Assembly: GCA_965201075.1 (NCBI GenBank)
Contig: CBDAVP010000017.1
Span: forward strand, 1-64,000
DNA: 64,000 nt
Direction of reading: 5' to 3'
Source of the DNA: Isosphaeraceae bacterium
GTDB taxonomy: Bacteria > Planctomycetota > Planctomycetia > Isosphaerales > Isosphaeraceae
This document shows positions 10,009 to 19,221 of the stretch, piece by piece; position 1 is the first letter of the stretch; the number at the start of each line of letters is the position of its first letter. The notes under the pieces were generated by a model, which saw only the letters and a list, made by a program, of their open reading frames with translations, was not told where the DNA came from and searched no databases. A program made the translations under genes and the position numbers.

Positions 10009-10632
10009 ATGGTGGAGGCTGGCGATGTCACCCAGGGATTACTCGATCGGGCCGAACAGGGCGACGCCTCGGCGCGTCGCGAGCTGCTGGAACGCTACCG
10101 CCAAAACCTGCGACGTCTGGTCGCGGCCCGCCTCGACCGCAGGGTCGCCCGCCGGGTCGATGCCTCCGACATCGTCCAGGAGGCGCTGACCGACGCCGCT
10201 CAGCGGATGGACGCCTATCTCGCGGCCCGCCCCCTGCCGTTCTTCGTCTGGCTCCGCCGCCTGACCCGCGACCGCATGGTCGACGCCCACCGTCGCCACC
10301 TCGCCTCCCAGCGCCGCAGCGTCGCCCGGGAAGGACCCGCCTCGATCCTCGACGACGCCTCCGCCGCCGAACTCGGCCGTCGCCTGTTGGCCCCGGGCTC
10401 CTCCCCCAGCAACCGACTCGTCCGCCAGGAGCGTCTCGGCCAGATCACCGAGGCGCTGGTCGCCTTGCCCGAACGCGACCGAGAGGTCCTGGTCCTCTGG
10501 TACCTGGAAGAGCGGACCACCGCCCAGATCACCGAGGCCATCGGAATCACCGAGAAGGGAGTCAGGTCCCGCCACCTGCGAGCCCTCCTCCGGCTGCGAG
10601 CCTCCTGGAGTTCCGCCCATGACCAACCCTGA
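10009..10632 (+). CDS. ECF sigma factor, planctomycete kinase-associated type
   Basis: AGGAG RBS; RRVDASDIVQE (sigma2), LPERDREVLVL...EAIGIT...VRSRHLRALLRLR (sigma4). Confidence 0.92.
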   Translation: MVEAGDVTQGLLDRAEQGDASARRELLERYRQNLRRLVAARLDRRVARRVDASDIVQEALTDAAQRMDAYLAARPLPFFVWLRRLTRDRMVDAHRRHLASQRRSVAREGPASILDDASAAELGRRLLAPGSSPSNRLVRQERLGQITEALVALPERDREVLVLWYLEERTTAQITEAIGITEKGVRSRHLRALLRLRASWSSAHDQP

Positions 10633-10921
10633 CGCGGCCACCCCGATCGAGCCCGGGGCGGGCCCAACCCTCGCCGAACTCACCGAGCGGATGGCCCGAC
10701 ACATCCAGTCCGGCCAACGCGTCGACGTCGAGGACTACTCCCGCCGCTACCCAGCCTGGGCCCCCACCCTCCGCCGGCTCCTCACGACCATCCGCGACCT
10801 CGACGCCCTGAAGCGCTGCCTCGGCGGTGGAATCGTATTGAGAGGGTCTCTCCCCAACGCAAGCCAACTGATCGGGACGACCGACCACGGGCCCGGCCAT
10901 TCCCTGGAGATCTCCTCGTGA
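10619..10921 (+). CDS. Stand-alone homologue of the Ser/Thr kinase N-terminal helical domain
   Basis: LAELTERMARHIQSGQRVDVEDYSRRYPAWAPTLRRLL aligns with kinase LEKLIETAARSLQAGDPPDVDQLAADHPAWADTIRQAL; overlaps the ECF stop. Confidence 0.72.
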   Translation: MTNPDAATPIEPGAGPTLAELTERMARHIQSGQRVDVEDYSRRYPAWAPTLRRLLTTIRDLDALKRCLGGGIVLRGSLPNASQLIGTTDHGPGHSLEISS

Positions 10922-11127
10922 GACCCTGCCCAACGCGCCGGCGACTTGCCGCCCCAAGTCTGGCCCTCGTCTTGCTCACCGCCGCCGGCTGCGGAGGCGA
11001 AAACCCCCAAGACCTTGCCGGAACGATCCACATCGAACGGAAGCCCGGCCCCAAAAACGCTCCCGGACCGCATCGAGCCACCAAGAACGCCCGGCCCTCC
11101 CTGGGAACCCCGCCCCCGACCCCCTGA
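10918..11127 (+). CDS. Small putative lipoprotein (DUF1559-associated type)
   Basis: Basic N-terminus, hydrophobic LALVLLT, lipobox AAGC; GTGA overlap with the previous stop. Confidence 0.65.
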   Translation: MRPCPTRRRLAAPSLALVLLTAAGCGGENPQDLAGTIHIERKPGPKNAPGPHRATKNARPSLGTPPPTP

Positions 11128-11200
11128 ACCTCCCCCAACCTCGACAACTCACCTCTCCCGCCTCCATCCTCCCCATCCCAACCCCTCGGAACCGCTGCCC

Positions 11201-12286
11201 ATGAGCCGCCGAATCCTTCCCAACGCCGCCCGGCGACCCGCCTTCACCCTGATCGAGTTGCTGGTGGTCATCGCCATCATCGGAGTGCTGATCGGCCTCT
11301 TGCTACCGGCAGTCCAGGCCGCCCGCGAGGCCGCCCGACGCGTCCAGTGCGTCAACAACCTCAAGCAACTGGCACTGGCCTCGGCCAATTACGAGGGCGT
11401 CAACGGCATGTACCCCCCCGGCATGTACTTCACCGCGGGCACGTCCTACGGCGCCTCGCTCTTCGTCAGGATGCTCCCGTTCATGGAACAGTCGGCCCTC
11501 TACGCCGGCTACAATTTCAGCACGGCCAGCCTCAGCGCGGCCAGCTACACCACCTCCTCGACCATGATCGCCACGCTGCAATGCCCCAGCGACCCATCGG
11601 CCGGCCTCAGCTCTCCAGGCAGTTTCTTCAGTGTGCCGCCGGGCGTCACCAGCCCGATCCAGTACCACAACCTCTACGTCGCCAACCAGGGGCCAGTCCG
11701 GATCTACGCCATCGCGGCCAACAGCAGTTTCACGGCCTATTCGACCGACGCGGCCGCCGTGGCCAGGACCCAGGGGATCGCGCCCATGGGCAATGGAGTC
11801 ACCATCGCCTCGGTCATCGACGGCACGACCAATACCATGATGTTCTCCGAGAACGGCCACGGCTTCTTTACCCCCTCCACCCAGAAATACGCGCATCTCT
11901 GGGATGCAGGCAGCGGCGGCTGGGACTTCGAGGCCCGCTTCCCCCCGAACTGGACCCAACATTACAGCGACACGGTCAACGACCCCGGCAACTACGGCCC
12001 ATCGGCCTGGGGAGAAACCGACGCCATGAGCTTCCACCCCGGCGGGGTCAACATCGCCATGTGCGACGGCTCTGTCCGCTTCATCAAGAGTTCCATCGAC
12101 TCCTGGACCATCACCACCCCTCAGTACAATGGTCTACCCGCCGGTGGCTCCACCGGACCCCCGTACTCCGACCCCAACTCGTACTCCGACCCGGGCATCG
12201 TCATCGGCTCCGGCGGCCGGATCGGCGTCTGGCAGAAGATCGCCTCACGCAACGGCGGCGAGGTCATCAGCGCCAGCGACTTCTGA
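11201..12286 (+). CDS. DUF1559 prepilin-type N-terminal cleavage/methylation protein
   Basis: AFTLIELLVVIAIIGVLIGLLLPAVQAAREAARR..C.NNLKQ, CPSD, DGTTNT, SFHPGGVNIAMCDGSVRF (H-X9-DG), GGEVISASDF. Confidence 0.96.
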   Translation: MSRRILPNAARRPAFTLIELLVVIAIIGVLIGLLLPAVQAAREAARRVQCVNNLKQLALASANYEGVNGMYPPGMYFTAGTSYGASLFVRMLPFMEQSALYAGYNFSTASLSAASYTTSSTMIATLQCPSDPSAGLSSPGSFFSVPPGVTSPIQYHNLYVANQGPVRIYAIAANSSFTAYSTDAAAVARTQGIAPMGNGVTIASVIDGTTNTMMFSENGHGFFTPSTQKYAHLWDAGSGGWDFEARFPPNWTQHYSDTVNDPGNYGPSAWGETDAMSFHPGGVNIAMCDGSVRFIKSSIDSWTITTPQYNGLPAGGSTGPPYSDPNSYSDPGIVIGSGGRIGVWQKIASRNGGEVISASDF

Positions 12287-12310
12287 CGGACTTCCAACGC
12301 CACAACGCAA

Positions 12311-12353
12311 CGAGGCGGGCCGGCGGGGGGCAAGTCCCCGCCGGTCCGCCTCG
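12311..12353. terminator. Strong GC hairpin between convergent genes
   Basis: CGAGGCGGGCCGGCGGGG...CCCCGCCGGTCCGCCTCG stem of about 18 bp; no clear U-tract. Confidence 0.6.
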
Positions 12354-12365
12354 CGGCTTGGTCGT

Positions 12366-12632
12366 TCAGGCCTCGTCGAGCCCGCGGATGCCGTTGCCCG
12401 GGATGTTGGCGATCTGGACGATCGTCTCGGGGCCCCGGCTCAGGCCCAAACCCTGGAGGATTAGCACCCCGTACGGAGTGACCGGCGGCTTGCGGTGTTC
12501 CGGGTCGCTATCCGAGCGAGTCAAGCGGCCCTGGTAGATGGCGCCCCCGGCGTCGACGCGGATCAACGGGCAGCGGGTGCCTTGCTTGCGGCGGATCGTG
12601 ACCAGTTGGCTCTGGCATTCCTCGAACGTCAT
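12366..12632 (-). CDS. Small hypothetical protein (88 aa)
   Basis: AAGGAGG RBS upstream; natural helix-then-beta-strand sequence pattern. Confidence 0.75.
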   Translation of the reverse strand: MTFEECQSQLVTIRRKQGTRCPLIRVDAGGAIYQGRLTRSDSDPEHRKPPVTPYGVLILQGLGLSRGPETIVQIANIPGNGIRGLDEA

Positions 12633-12730
12633 CGGTCATCCTCCTTGATGAACGCGAGCGGCCTCAACGAGTGGCGAACGTCCCCGGGGCCGACCCGCGC
12701 GGGGGATGATGGCCGCACTCGACCCATCGG

Positions 12731-13909
12731 TCAAGCCGAATCGGGAAGGTCCACCTCGGCCAGTTCGACGACCCGTCGGGCATCGACGGCCGCCCTCACC
12801 AGCAGGCCGGTCCACGTCGCCGCTCTCGCCTCGGCCAACGAGACCGGAGGCGCCAACGGCTCCGGCGACCTCACCGCTTCGAGGAAGCCGCGAAGGGCGA
12901 CCTCGGTGTCGGCCCGGCCTCCCGGCGGCAGCGATTGCCGGGGGCGTGACCGGTCGCGGAAGGTCGCCCAACCCGAGGCGAAATCCACCCCGCCCGCCGT
13001 GCCCAGCACCCTCTGCGAGGCGCCCGTGAAGGCGTCGTCGGCCGGCGCGGCCCAGCCATGCACCAGGTTCGCGTGGAAGCCATCGGCCCATTCCAGGGTG
13101 ACCGAATAATGGTCCGTCACATCTCGGCCCGGCCGAATGTCGGCGAACAGGTCGCGACGACCCAGTCCGTGGGCCCTCGCCGGCAGGTCCCCTTTGATCC
13201 AGTGAAAGAGGTCCCAAACGTGGACCGCCTGCTCGACCATCCAGTCCCCAGACCGCTCCCGGGAACCGAGCCAGCCCCCGTGTCCATCGACCGGGCCGTT
13301 GCTGCTGACCCAGCGGGCCCGCCCTTCGATCGGAGTGCCGAGATCCCCCCGCCGAATCCACTCCACCCCTTCCTGGTAACGAAGGTTGGAGCGTCTCTGG
13401 AAACCCACATGGACCGGCAGGGCTGGAACCCGCGACGCCTCGGCGATCACCCGGTCGCACTCGGCCAGGGTTGGCGCCAGAGGCTTTTCCAGGTAAACCG
13501 CCTTGCCCGCGCGGAGCGCCTCGCAGGTCACCTCGGCATGGAGGTCGCAAGGCAGGGCCACGATCACCGCCTCGACGTCCCCGCGGGCCAGAAGTCGCGA
13601 CGCCCGATCGTACCCCTCGGGTCGCGCCGCCCCGTCCTTGCCGGCAATCGCCTGCCCCCGGGCCAGGTGCTTTCCCTCGGCATCGCAAAGGGCCACGACC
13701 TCGGCGCCCGGGATCGCCAGGCAGGTTCGCAGCAGGGAGGTTCCCCGGTTGCCCAGCCCAATAAAGCCAATCCGGACCGGTCGGGGCGGGCTCGATTCCC
13801 CGAGCACCTTTCCCTGAGCCAGCGCCAGGCCCGCCGCGGCCGAACAGCTCAAGAACTCTCGTCGATTCCAGCGGGCCGGGGGCATGGTCGAATCCTCGGA
13901 GACTTCCAT
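12731..13909 (-). CDS. Gfo/Idh/MocA oxidoreductase with Tat signal (start 13909 or 13885)
   Basis: NRREFL Tat motif, GFIGLGNRG, YLEKP, GFQRR, EQAVHVWD. Confidence 0.92.
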   Translation of the reverse strand: MEVSEDSTMPPARWNRREFLSCSAAAGLALAQGKVLGESSPPRPVRIGFIGLGNRGTSLLRTCLAIPGAEVVALCDAEGKHLARGQAIAGKDGAARPEGYDRASRLLARGDVEAVIVALPCDLHAEVTCEALRAGKAVYLEKPLAPTLAECDRVIAEASRVPALPVHVGFQRRSNLRYQEGVEWIRRGDLGTPIEGRARWVSSNGPVDGHGGWLGSRERSGDWMVEQAVHVWDLFHWIKGDLPARAHGLGRRDLFADIRPGRDVTDHYSVTLEWADGFHANLVHGWAAPADDAFTGASQRVLGTAGGVDFASGWATFRDRSRPRQSLPPGGRADTEVALRGFLEAVRSPEPLAPPVSLAEARAATWTGLLVRAAVDARRVVELAEVDLPDSA

Positions 13910-14248
13910 TCCGCAGTCTCCATCGTAGCCAGCCCCACCGCCCCGACGCAATCGGCCACGACAACTCCCCCAAACGACCTTGTCCTGCCAATTTCGCCAA
14001 GTCCGATAGTCACCGTCAAATCTACAAGCCACTCATTTTACCCATTACCTCCCTCAAGAAGTGCGATTCTCGCCATCATGCACGGATGCCTGACCGGTCG
14101 GTTGTTTGACTTATGGTCTTGTGTTGTTGCAAAACCGCGACATCCTCTCTCGTTATGGAGCGGACCCGGCTTGTTGTCGGAAAAGAAATCACTACCCTTT
14201 AGCTCACGCCCCGAAAAAATCCATTTTCCCCAATGGGGAATTCCGGAA

Positions 14249-14454
14249 ACGCCGATGATAGGCGTCGTGGCGATTCCGCGGAGTACGCGGCCCTGGGTCG
14301 ATGACTCTGACCTAGATTTCCAGTGGGCCCCAATGATCGGTGGCCCTGCCCTCTCGGAATGCTGATGACGACGACGAGGGCCTCGGGGACTCCAACGCTG
14401 GAGTCCGCACCCCGCGCTCGACTGACCCGCCGTCCCGACCCTGGTCGGTGGGTC
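14249..14454 (+). ncRNA. Candidate structured leader or ncRNA: array of short hairpins, four with RATGA in the loop
   Basis: About seven consecutive stems in the intergenic region upstream of the CAP gene; no known family recognised. Confidence 0.35.
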
Positions 14455-14488
14455 CGGCCACGTCCCCGTTTCGGTTAAGGATTACACC

Positions 14489-15847
14489 ATGTTGAGCATC
14501 CTCTCTCCGGGTCGCCGCCTTGAAGTGTCGCGGCTTCGCTCTCGGGTGCGTCCGCGTTGCCTGCCCAGCGTTTCGCCGCTGGAGGGCCGGACCTTGCTGT
14601 CGGTGGCCGCCGATGCCGGTCCGACCCCGGCCGAACAATACATGCTGGAGCTGGTCAACAACGCCCGGGCCAACCCCAAGGCCGAAGCCGCTCGGCTGGT
14701 CAGCCTGGCCCAGACGGACCCGATCCTCAAGAGCGCGGTCGGTTCCCTGGGCGTCGACCTCAACGCCTTCACCCAGTTGATGGGGTCCTACAGCCCCCTG
14801 CCCCCCCTGGCCTTCAACACCCGCTTGACCCAGGGGGCGCTGGACCATGACCTCGCGATGGTCGCGGCCAACTCCCAGGTGCATTCGTCGACGGGCTACC
14901 TGACCAACGCCTCGGTGGCCACGGCTTCCGACGGCCAGGTCTATTACCCGACCGGCACGGGCGCATGGTCGACCGGCGAGAACATTTTCGCCTACTCCCA
15001 GGCCGTGGGAAGTCGCCAGGAGCAGGATTACATCAACTACTTCTACGAGGGGTTCATGCTCGACTGGGGCAACCCCGGTTTCGGGCACCTGAAGAACATC
15101 ATGGCCCCGGGCCCGGCCGAGGCCTCGGCGACGGGGCACCCGGCGTACAGCGAGATCGGCATTGGCCTGCTGACCAACGTCCAGCCAACCACCCCGTCCA
15201 CCCTGGCGGGCTTCAACGTCGGACCGGCCGTGATGACGCAGGAGTTCGGCTACCGCGCCGGCAACGCCTTTTTGACCGGCGTGGCTTACAGCGACGCCAA
15301 CCACGACCAGCAGTACGAGATGGGCGAGGGATTGGGCTGGGTGACGATCACCGCGGTCGGCCAGGGGGGTCAGGGAACGTATCAGGCCCAGACCTGGTCT
15401 TCCGGCGGCTACTCGCTGGCCCTGCCCGCTGGGACCTACACCGTGACCGCGACGGGGAACCTCGCGGCTCCGCAGACGGTGACCGTGACGATTGGCCAGG
15501 ACAACGTCGGCTGGGACGTCCACTCCGGAGGCGCGACTCAGGCTCCGACCACGGGCTCGGGGATCACCCAGACGCTTCCGGTGCCCGCGCCCACCCCAAC
15601 GCCGAAACCGACGCCGACGCCGACTCCGGCCCCGGTGGCGGCGCAGGTTCCGCCCTCGCCAGTGACGCACGTCCAGCAGGTCAACGCGACCCCCCTGACG
15701 CCTCGTCAGCAGGCGGCACTGGCTCGCCAGCAGGCCCAAATCGCCCGCCACGAGGCCCAGATGCTCCGCCTGGAGGCCGCTCACGCCCGGATGCTCGCCG
15801 CCCGGGCCGCCCGAGCCGCTCGCATCGCCGCCGGGCGTCACCACTGA
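14489..15847 (+). CDS. LEPRxLL-type exported protein with CAP (SCP) domain, carboxypeptidase-regulatory-like beta domain and Pro/Thr linker
   Basis: SPLEGRTLLS; EQYMLELVNNARANP, PPLAFN..L, GENI, GHLKNIM, EIGIG, TQEFG; FLTGVAYSD.N....Y..GEGL, SGGYSL. Confidence 0.85.
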   Translation: MLSILSPGRRLEVSRLRSRVRPRCLPSVSPLEGRTLLSVAADAGPTPAEQYMLELVNNARANPKAEAARLVSLAQTDPILKSAVGSLGVDLNAFTQLMGSYSPLPPLAFNTRLTQGALDHDLAMVAANSQVHSSTGYLTNASVATASDGQVYYPTGTGAWSTGENIFAYSQAVGSRQEQDYINYFYEGFMLDWGNPGFGHLKNIMAPGPAEASATGHPAYSEIGIGLLTNVQPTTPSTLAGFNVGPAVMTQEFGYRAGNAFLTGVAYSDANHDQQYEMGEGLGWVTITAVGQGGQGTYQAQTWSSGGYSLALPAGTYTVTATGNLAAPQTVTVTIGQDNVGWDVHSGGATQAPTTGSGITQTLPVPAPTPTPKPTPTPTPAPVAAQVPPSPVTHVQQVNATPLTPRQQAALARQQAQIARHEAQMLRLEAAHARMLAARAARAARIAAGRHH

Positions 15848-15993
15848 GTCGCCCCGCCCCGCCCCACTCCGCCGGGTCACCAACCTCGACGAGAACCGCC
15901 TGCCCCGCGTCCGCCGGCCAATCGCCGGGCGTGGGGCGTGTTCTTGCGCGGAGGCGGGAGCGTGCCGTTCGGGGTCCGGGTCTCTCCTCCCCG

Positions 15994-16002
15994 TGTTATA
16001 GT
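15994..16002 (+). promoter_or_regulatory. Extended -10 promoter element for pyrG
   Basis: TGTTATAGT (TGn-TATAGT) about 50 nt upstream of the ATG. Confidence 0.45.
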
Positions 16003-16053
16003 AGGGAATTGCCCTGAGGCGACGGGGGCCGTTGCCGGGCGCGGGGAGGCGCG

Positions 16054-17688
16054 ATGGCCAAGCATATCTTTGTGACCGGGGGGGTTGTCAGTTCGTTGGG
16101 CAAGGGGCTCACCTGCGCCTCGATCGGCATGTTGCTGGAACACCGGGGGTTACGCGTCCGTCTCCAGAAGTTCGACCCGTACATCAACGTCGATCCCGGG
16201 ACGATGAGCCCGTACCAGCATGGCGAAGTGTTCGTGACCGACGACGGCTCGGAGACCGACCTGGACCTGGGCCACTACGAGCGGTTCACCGACGCCCCCT
16301 TGACCAAGGACTGCAACTACACCACGGGCAAGATTTACCTGGCGGTGATCAAGAAGGAGCGAGAGGGGAAGTATTACGAAGGGAAGACCGTGCAGGTCAT
16401 TCCGCACATCACCGACGAGATCAAGGCGGGGGTGAAACGGCTGGCCACCGACGATGTGGACGTGGTCATCACCGAAATTGGCGGGACTGTCGGAGACATC
16501 GAGAGCCTGCCGTTCCTGGAGGCGATCCGCCAGTTCGCGCTGGACGCCGGGCGGGAGAATTGCCTGTATATCCACCTGACGCTGGTTCCCTACCTCAAGG
16601 CCGCCGCCGAGCTGAAGACCAAGCCGACGCAGCACTCGGTCGGGGCCTTGCGGCAGATCGGCATCCAGCCCGACGTCTTGATCTGCCGCTGCGAACACCC
16701 GATCAGCTCCGAGGATCGGGACAAGATCGCCCTGTTCTGCAACATCGAACGCAAGGCGGTGATCGAGGAGCGGGACCGGGAGTTCAGCATCTACGAAGTG
16801 CCATTGAGCCTGGTGCGCAACGGCCTGGACGACATCCTGGTCGACCGCCTGAAGCTGAAGGCGGCTCCCCTGGAAATTGACGACTGGCACGATGTGGTCG
16901 ACCGGGTGTTGAACCCCGAGCGAGAGGTGACGATTGCGGTCGTGGGCAAGTACATGAAGCACCGGGACGCCTACAAGTCAGTGTACGAGGCGCTGGACCA
17001 CGCCGGGATGGCCCACCGGGCGAGGGTGATCGTGCAGAGAGTGGAGGCCGAGGAGCTCGGCGTCGGCGGGGCGGCGGCGAAACTGGCCGGTGTGGATGGG
17101 TTGCTGGTCCCCGGCGGGTTTGGGATGCGGGGGATCGAGGGGAAGATCGAGGCAATCCGCTTCGCCCGGACGCGGGGAATCCCGTTCTTTGGGATCTGCC
17201 TGGGGATGCAGTGCGCCGCGGTGGAATTCGCCCGCAATGTGCTGGGGTTGGAGGACGCCAACAGCACCGAGTTCGATGCCAACACGCACCACCCGGTCAT
17301 TTCGATGATGGAGGAACAGGTCGGCGTTCGGCAACGAGGCGGAACGATGAGACTCGGTGCGTGGCCCTGCGAACTGGCGGCGGACACACTAGCCCGGTCG
17401 GCCTATGAGGCCCAGGCGATCCACGAGCGCCATCGTCATCGTTATGAGTTCAACAACGCGTATCGACGGCAGTTCGAGGAGAACGGCTTCGCGGCGACGG
17501 GGACGAGCCCCGATGGTCAACTGGTTGAGATCATCGAGGTTGCCGACCACCCGTGGTTCGTGGCGGTGCAGTTCCATCCCGAGTTCAAGAGCAAGCCGAC
17601 AAAGGCCCACCCCCTGTTCCGCGACTTCCTGGGAGCCGCGATCCGCCGCCGGGAAACCAGCCGCAACGAGTTGGAGGCCCGTCCATGA
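16054..17688 (+). CDS. pyrG: CTP synthase
   Basis: [52 protein letters not shown]. Confidence 0.99.
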   Translation: MAKHIFVTGGVVSSLGKGLTCASIGMLLEHRGLRVRLQKFDPYINVDPGTMSPYQHGEVFVTDDGSETDLDLGHYERFTDAPLTKDCNYTTGKIYLAVIKKEREGKYYEGKTVQVIPHITDEIKAGVKRLATDDVDVVITEIGGTVGDIESLPFLEAIRQFALDAGRENCLYIHLTLVPYLKAAAELKTKPTQHSVGALRQIGIQPDVLICRCEHPISSEDRDKIALFCNIERKAVIEERDREFSIYEVPLSLVRNGLDDILVDRLKLKAAPLEIDDWHDVVDRVLNPEREVTIAVVGKYMKHRDAYKSVYEALDHAGMAHRARVIVQRVEAEELGVGGAAAKLAGVDGLLVPGGFGMRGIEGKIEAIRFARTRGIPFFGICLGMQCAAVEFARNVLGLEDANSTEFDANTHHPVISMMEEQVGVRQRGGTMRLGAWPCELAADTLARSAYEAQAIHERHRHRYEFNNAYRRQFEENGFAATGTSPDGQLVEIIEVADHPWFVAVQFHPEFKSKPTKAHPLFRDFLGAAIRRRETSRNELEARP

Positions 17689-18380
17689 GCATGGCAACGG
17701 CCCCTGCCCCTTCTGTCCCAGCCCTAACCCCGGTCCTTGTTCCTGGCCGTTTGGTTCTCAGCGGGGTGTCCTGGGAGAAATTCGAGGCCCTACTCGCATG
17801 GGCCGGCGACCGTCGGCTCGGTCTGGCTTACGACCGTGGGGAGCTGGAACTGATGTCGCCCTCCGCTCAGCACGAGGACGTCAAGTGTTTGATCAGCCTT
17901 CTCATCTCGCTCCTGGCGATCGAATTGGATCAAGATTTTCACGAATATGGTTCCGTCACCTGGAGGCGAGAGGATCTGGACCGCGCGGTTGAGCCTGACA
18001 CCTGCTTTTATTTGAGACGAGAACCCCTGGTCCGAGGTCGATCCAAGATCGATTTGGCGATCGATCCCGCCCCTGATCTGGTGGTGGAGATCGACATCAC
18101 CAGCAGTTCCCTCGACCGAGAGGGGATTTACGCCGCGCTGGGTGTCCCCGAGCTTTGGCGCTATGACGGAACGCGGTTACTTGTCTTACTCCTGGGCGAA
18201 GATGGTCGTTACGTTCCAAGTTCGAGGAGCCAAGCGTTCCCCACGCTGCCCCTTGGCCCATTCGCGAAGTTCATCGAAGCCGGCCACGGAGCGAACCGAT
18301 TGGGATGGATCAAGGAGTTCCGCCGATGGGTCCGCGAGGAAGTTTTGCCCAAAACTCCTCCCGGGAACGCCGTCGTTTGA
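17685..18380 (+). CDS. Uma2 (DUF820) family PD-(D/E)XK endonuclease-like protein
   Basis: [17 protein letters not shown]...[36 protein letters not shown] overlap with the pyrG stop. Confidence 0.93.
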   Translation: MSMATAPAPSVPALTPVLVPGRLVLSGVSWEKFEALLAWAGDRRLGLAYDRGELELMSPSAQHEDVKCLISLLISLLAIELDQDFHEYGSVTWRREDLDRAVEPDTCFYLRREPLVRGRSKIDLAIDPAPDLVVEIDITSSSLDREGIYAALGVPELWRYDGTRLLVLLLGEDGRYVPSSRSQAFPTLPLGPFAKFIEAGHGANRLGWIKEFRRWVREEVLPKTPPGNAVV

Positions 18381-18443
18381 GTTGAGCGAAGGGTGAATGG
18401 CGTCAGGGTTGTTGATGCCCCGATCCGTCGAAAGGGAGGGTTT

Positions 18444-19103
18444 TTGAGCGTCGCCGAAGCGACTGCCACCAATCGGTTCCTCCTCTACAACATCGATTAG
18501 GCGACTTATCCGCGCATCCTCGAAGGGCAGGATGAGCGTCAGATCCGCGTGTCTTGCGACCGGGGGGAACTGGAACTGATGACCCTCTCGTCTGGCTACG
18601 AGCAGCGATCGCGTGCCATCAATCGGCTAATCGAAGCCCTCACCGAGGAGTTGCAAATTCCGATCGCCTCGGCCGGCTCCACGACGATCAACCTCGAACG
18701 CGCCGAGAAAGGGCTGGAGCCGGATGAGTGCTACTACCTGAGGAACGAACCCCGCGTTCGGGGCAAGACCCAGATTGACCTTGAGTTCGACCCGCCCCCC
18801 GACCTGGCCGTCGAGGTCGATGTGAGCCGCGGTAGCCTTAACCGATTGGAAAGCCACGCGGGGCTGAGAGTGCCCGAGGTCTGGCGATACACGAAGGGGC
18901 ATCTTGTCGTCCATCAGTTGCAAGATGATGGAAATTACGCGATCCAACCCACAAGTCGGAATTTCCCATTTCTGGCGATGGACCAGTTCGATCGGCTAGT
19001 GCGGACGTCTTCGACCACGGACCAGTTGACCTGGATGCGCATTGTCCGCGACTGGATTCGACAAAAGGTTGCCCCCAGTTACCGCGATGCGAGACAAGGC
19101 TGA
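18444..19103 (+). pseudogene. Uma2 family protein with in-frame TAG at 18498-18500
   Basis: GGGAGG RBS, TTG start, FLLYNID*ATY where the paralogue has W (VSW); EPDECYY, PDLAVEVD, VPEVWRY. Confidence 0.8.
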
Positions 19104-19221
19104 CCGGGCCTTGGATCGGAGCTCGCCCGCTTTCCGTCGGCTTGCGAGTCCGGTAAACCGTCACGACCGCGACCGGGTGCGAGGCCCAGCCGCGGTCGTC
19201 GTTGGGTATCGGTCAAATTGA

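Noticed and set aside
14359..14478. 39-codon leader peptide upstream of the CAP gene
   Set aside because: No RBS or informative codon run; better explained as a by-product of the hairpin region
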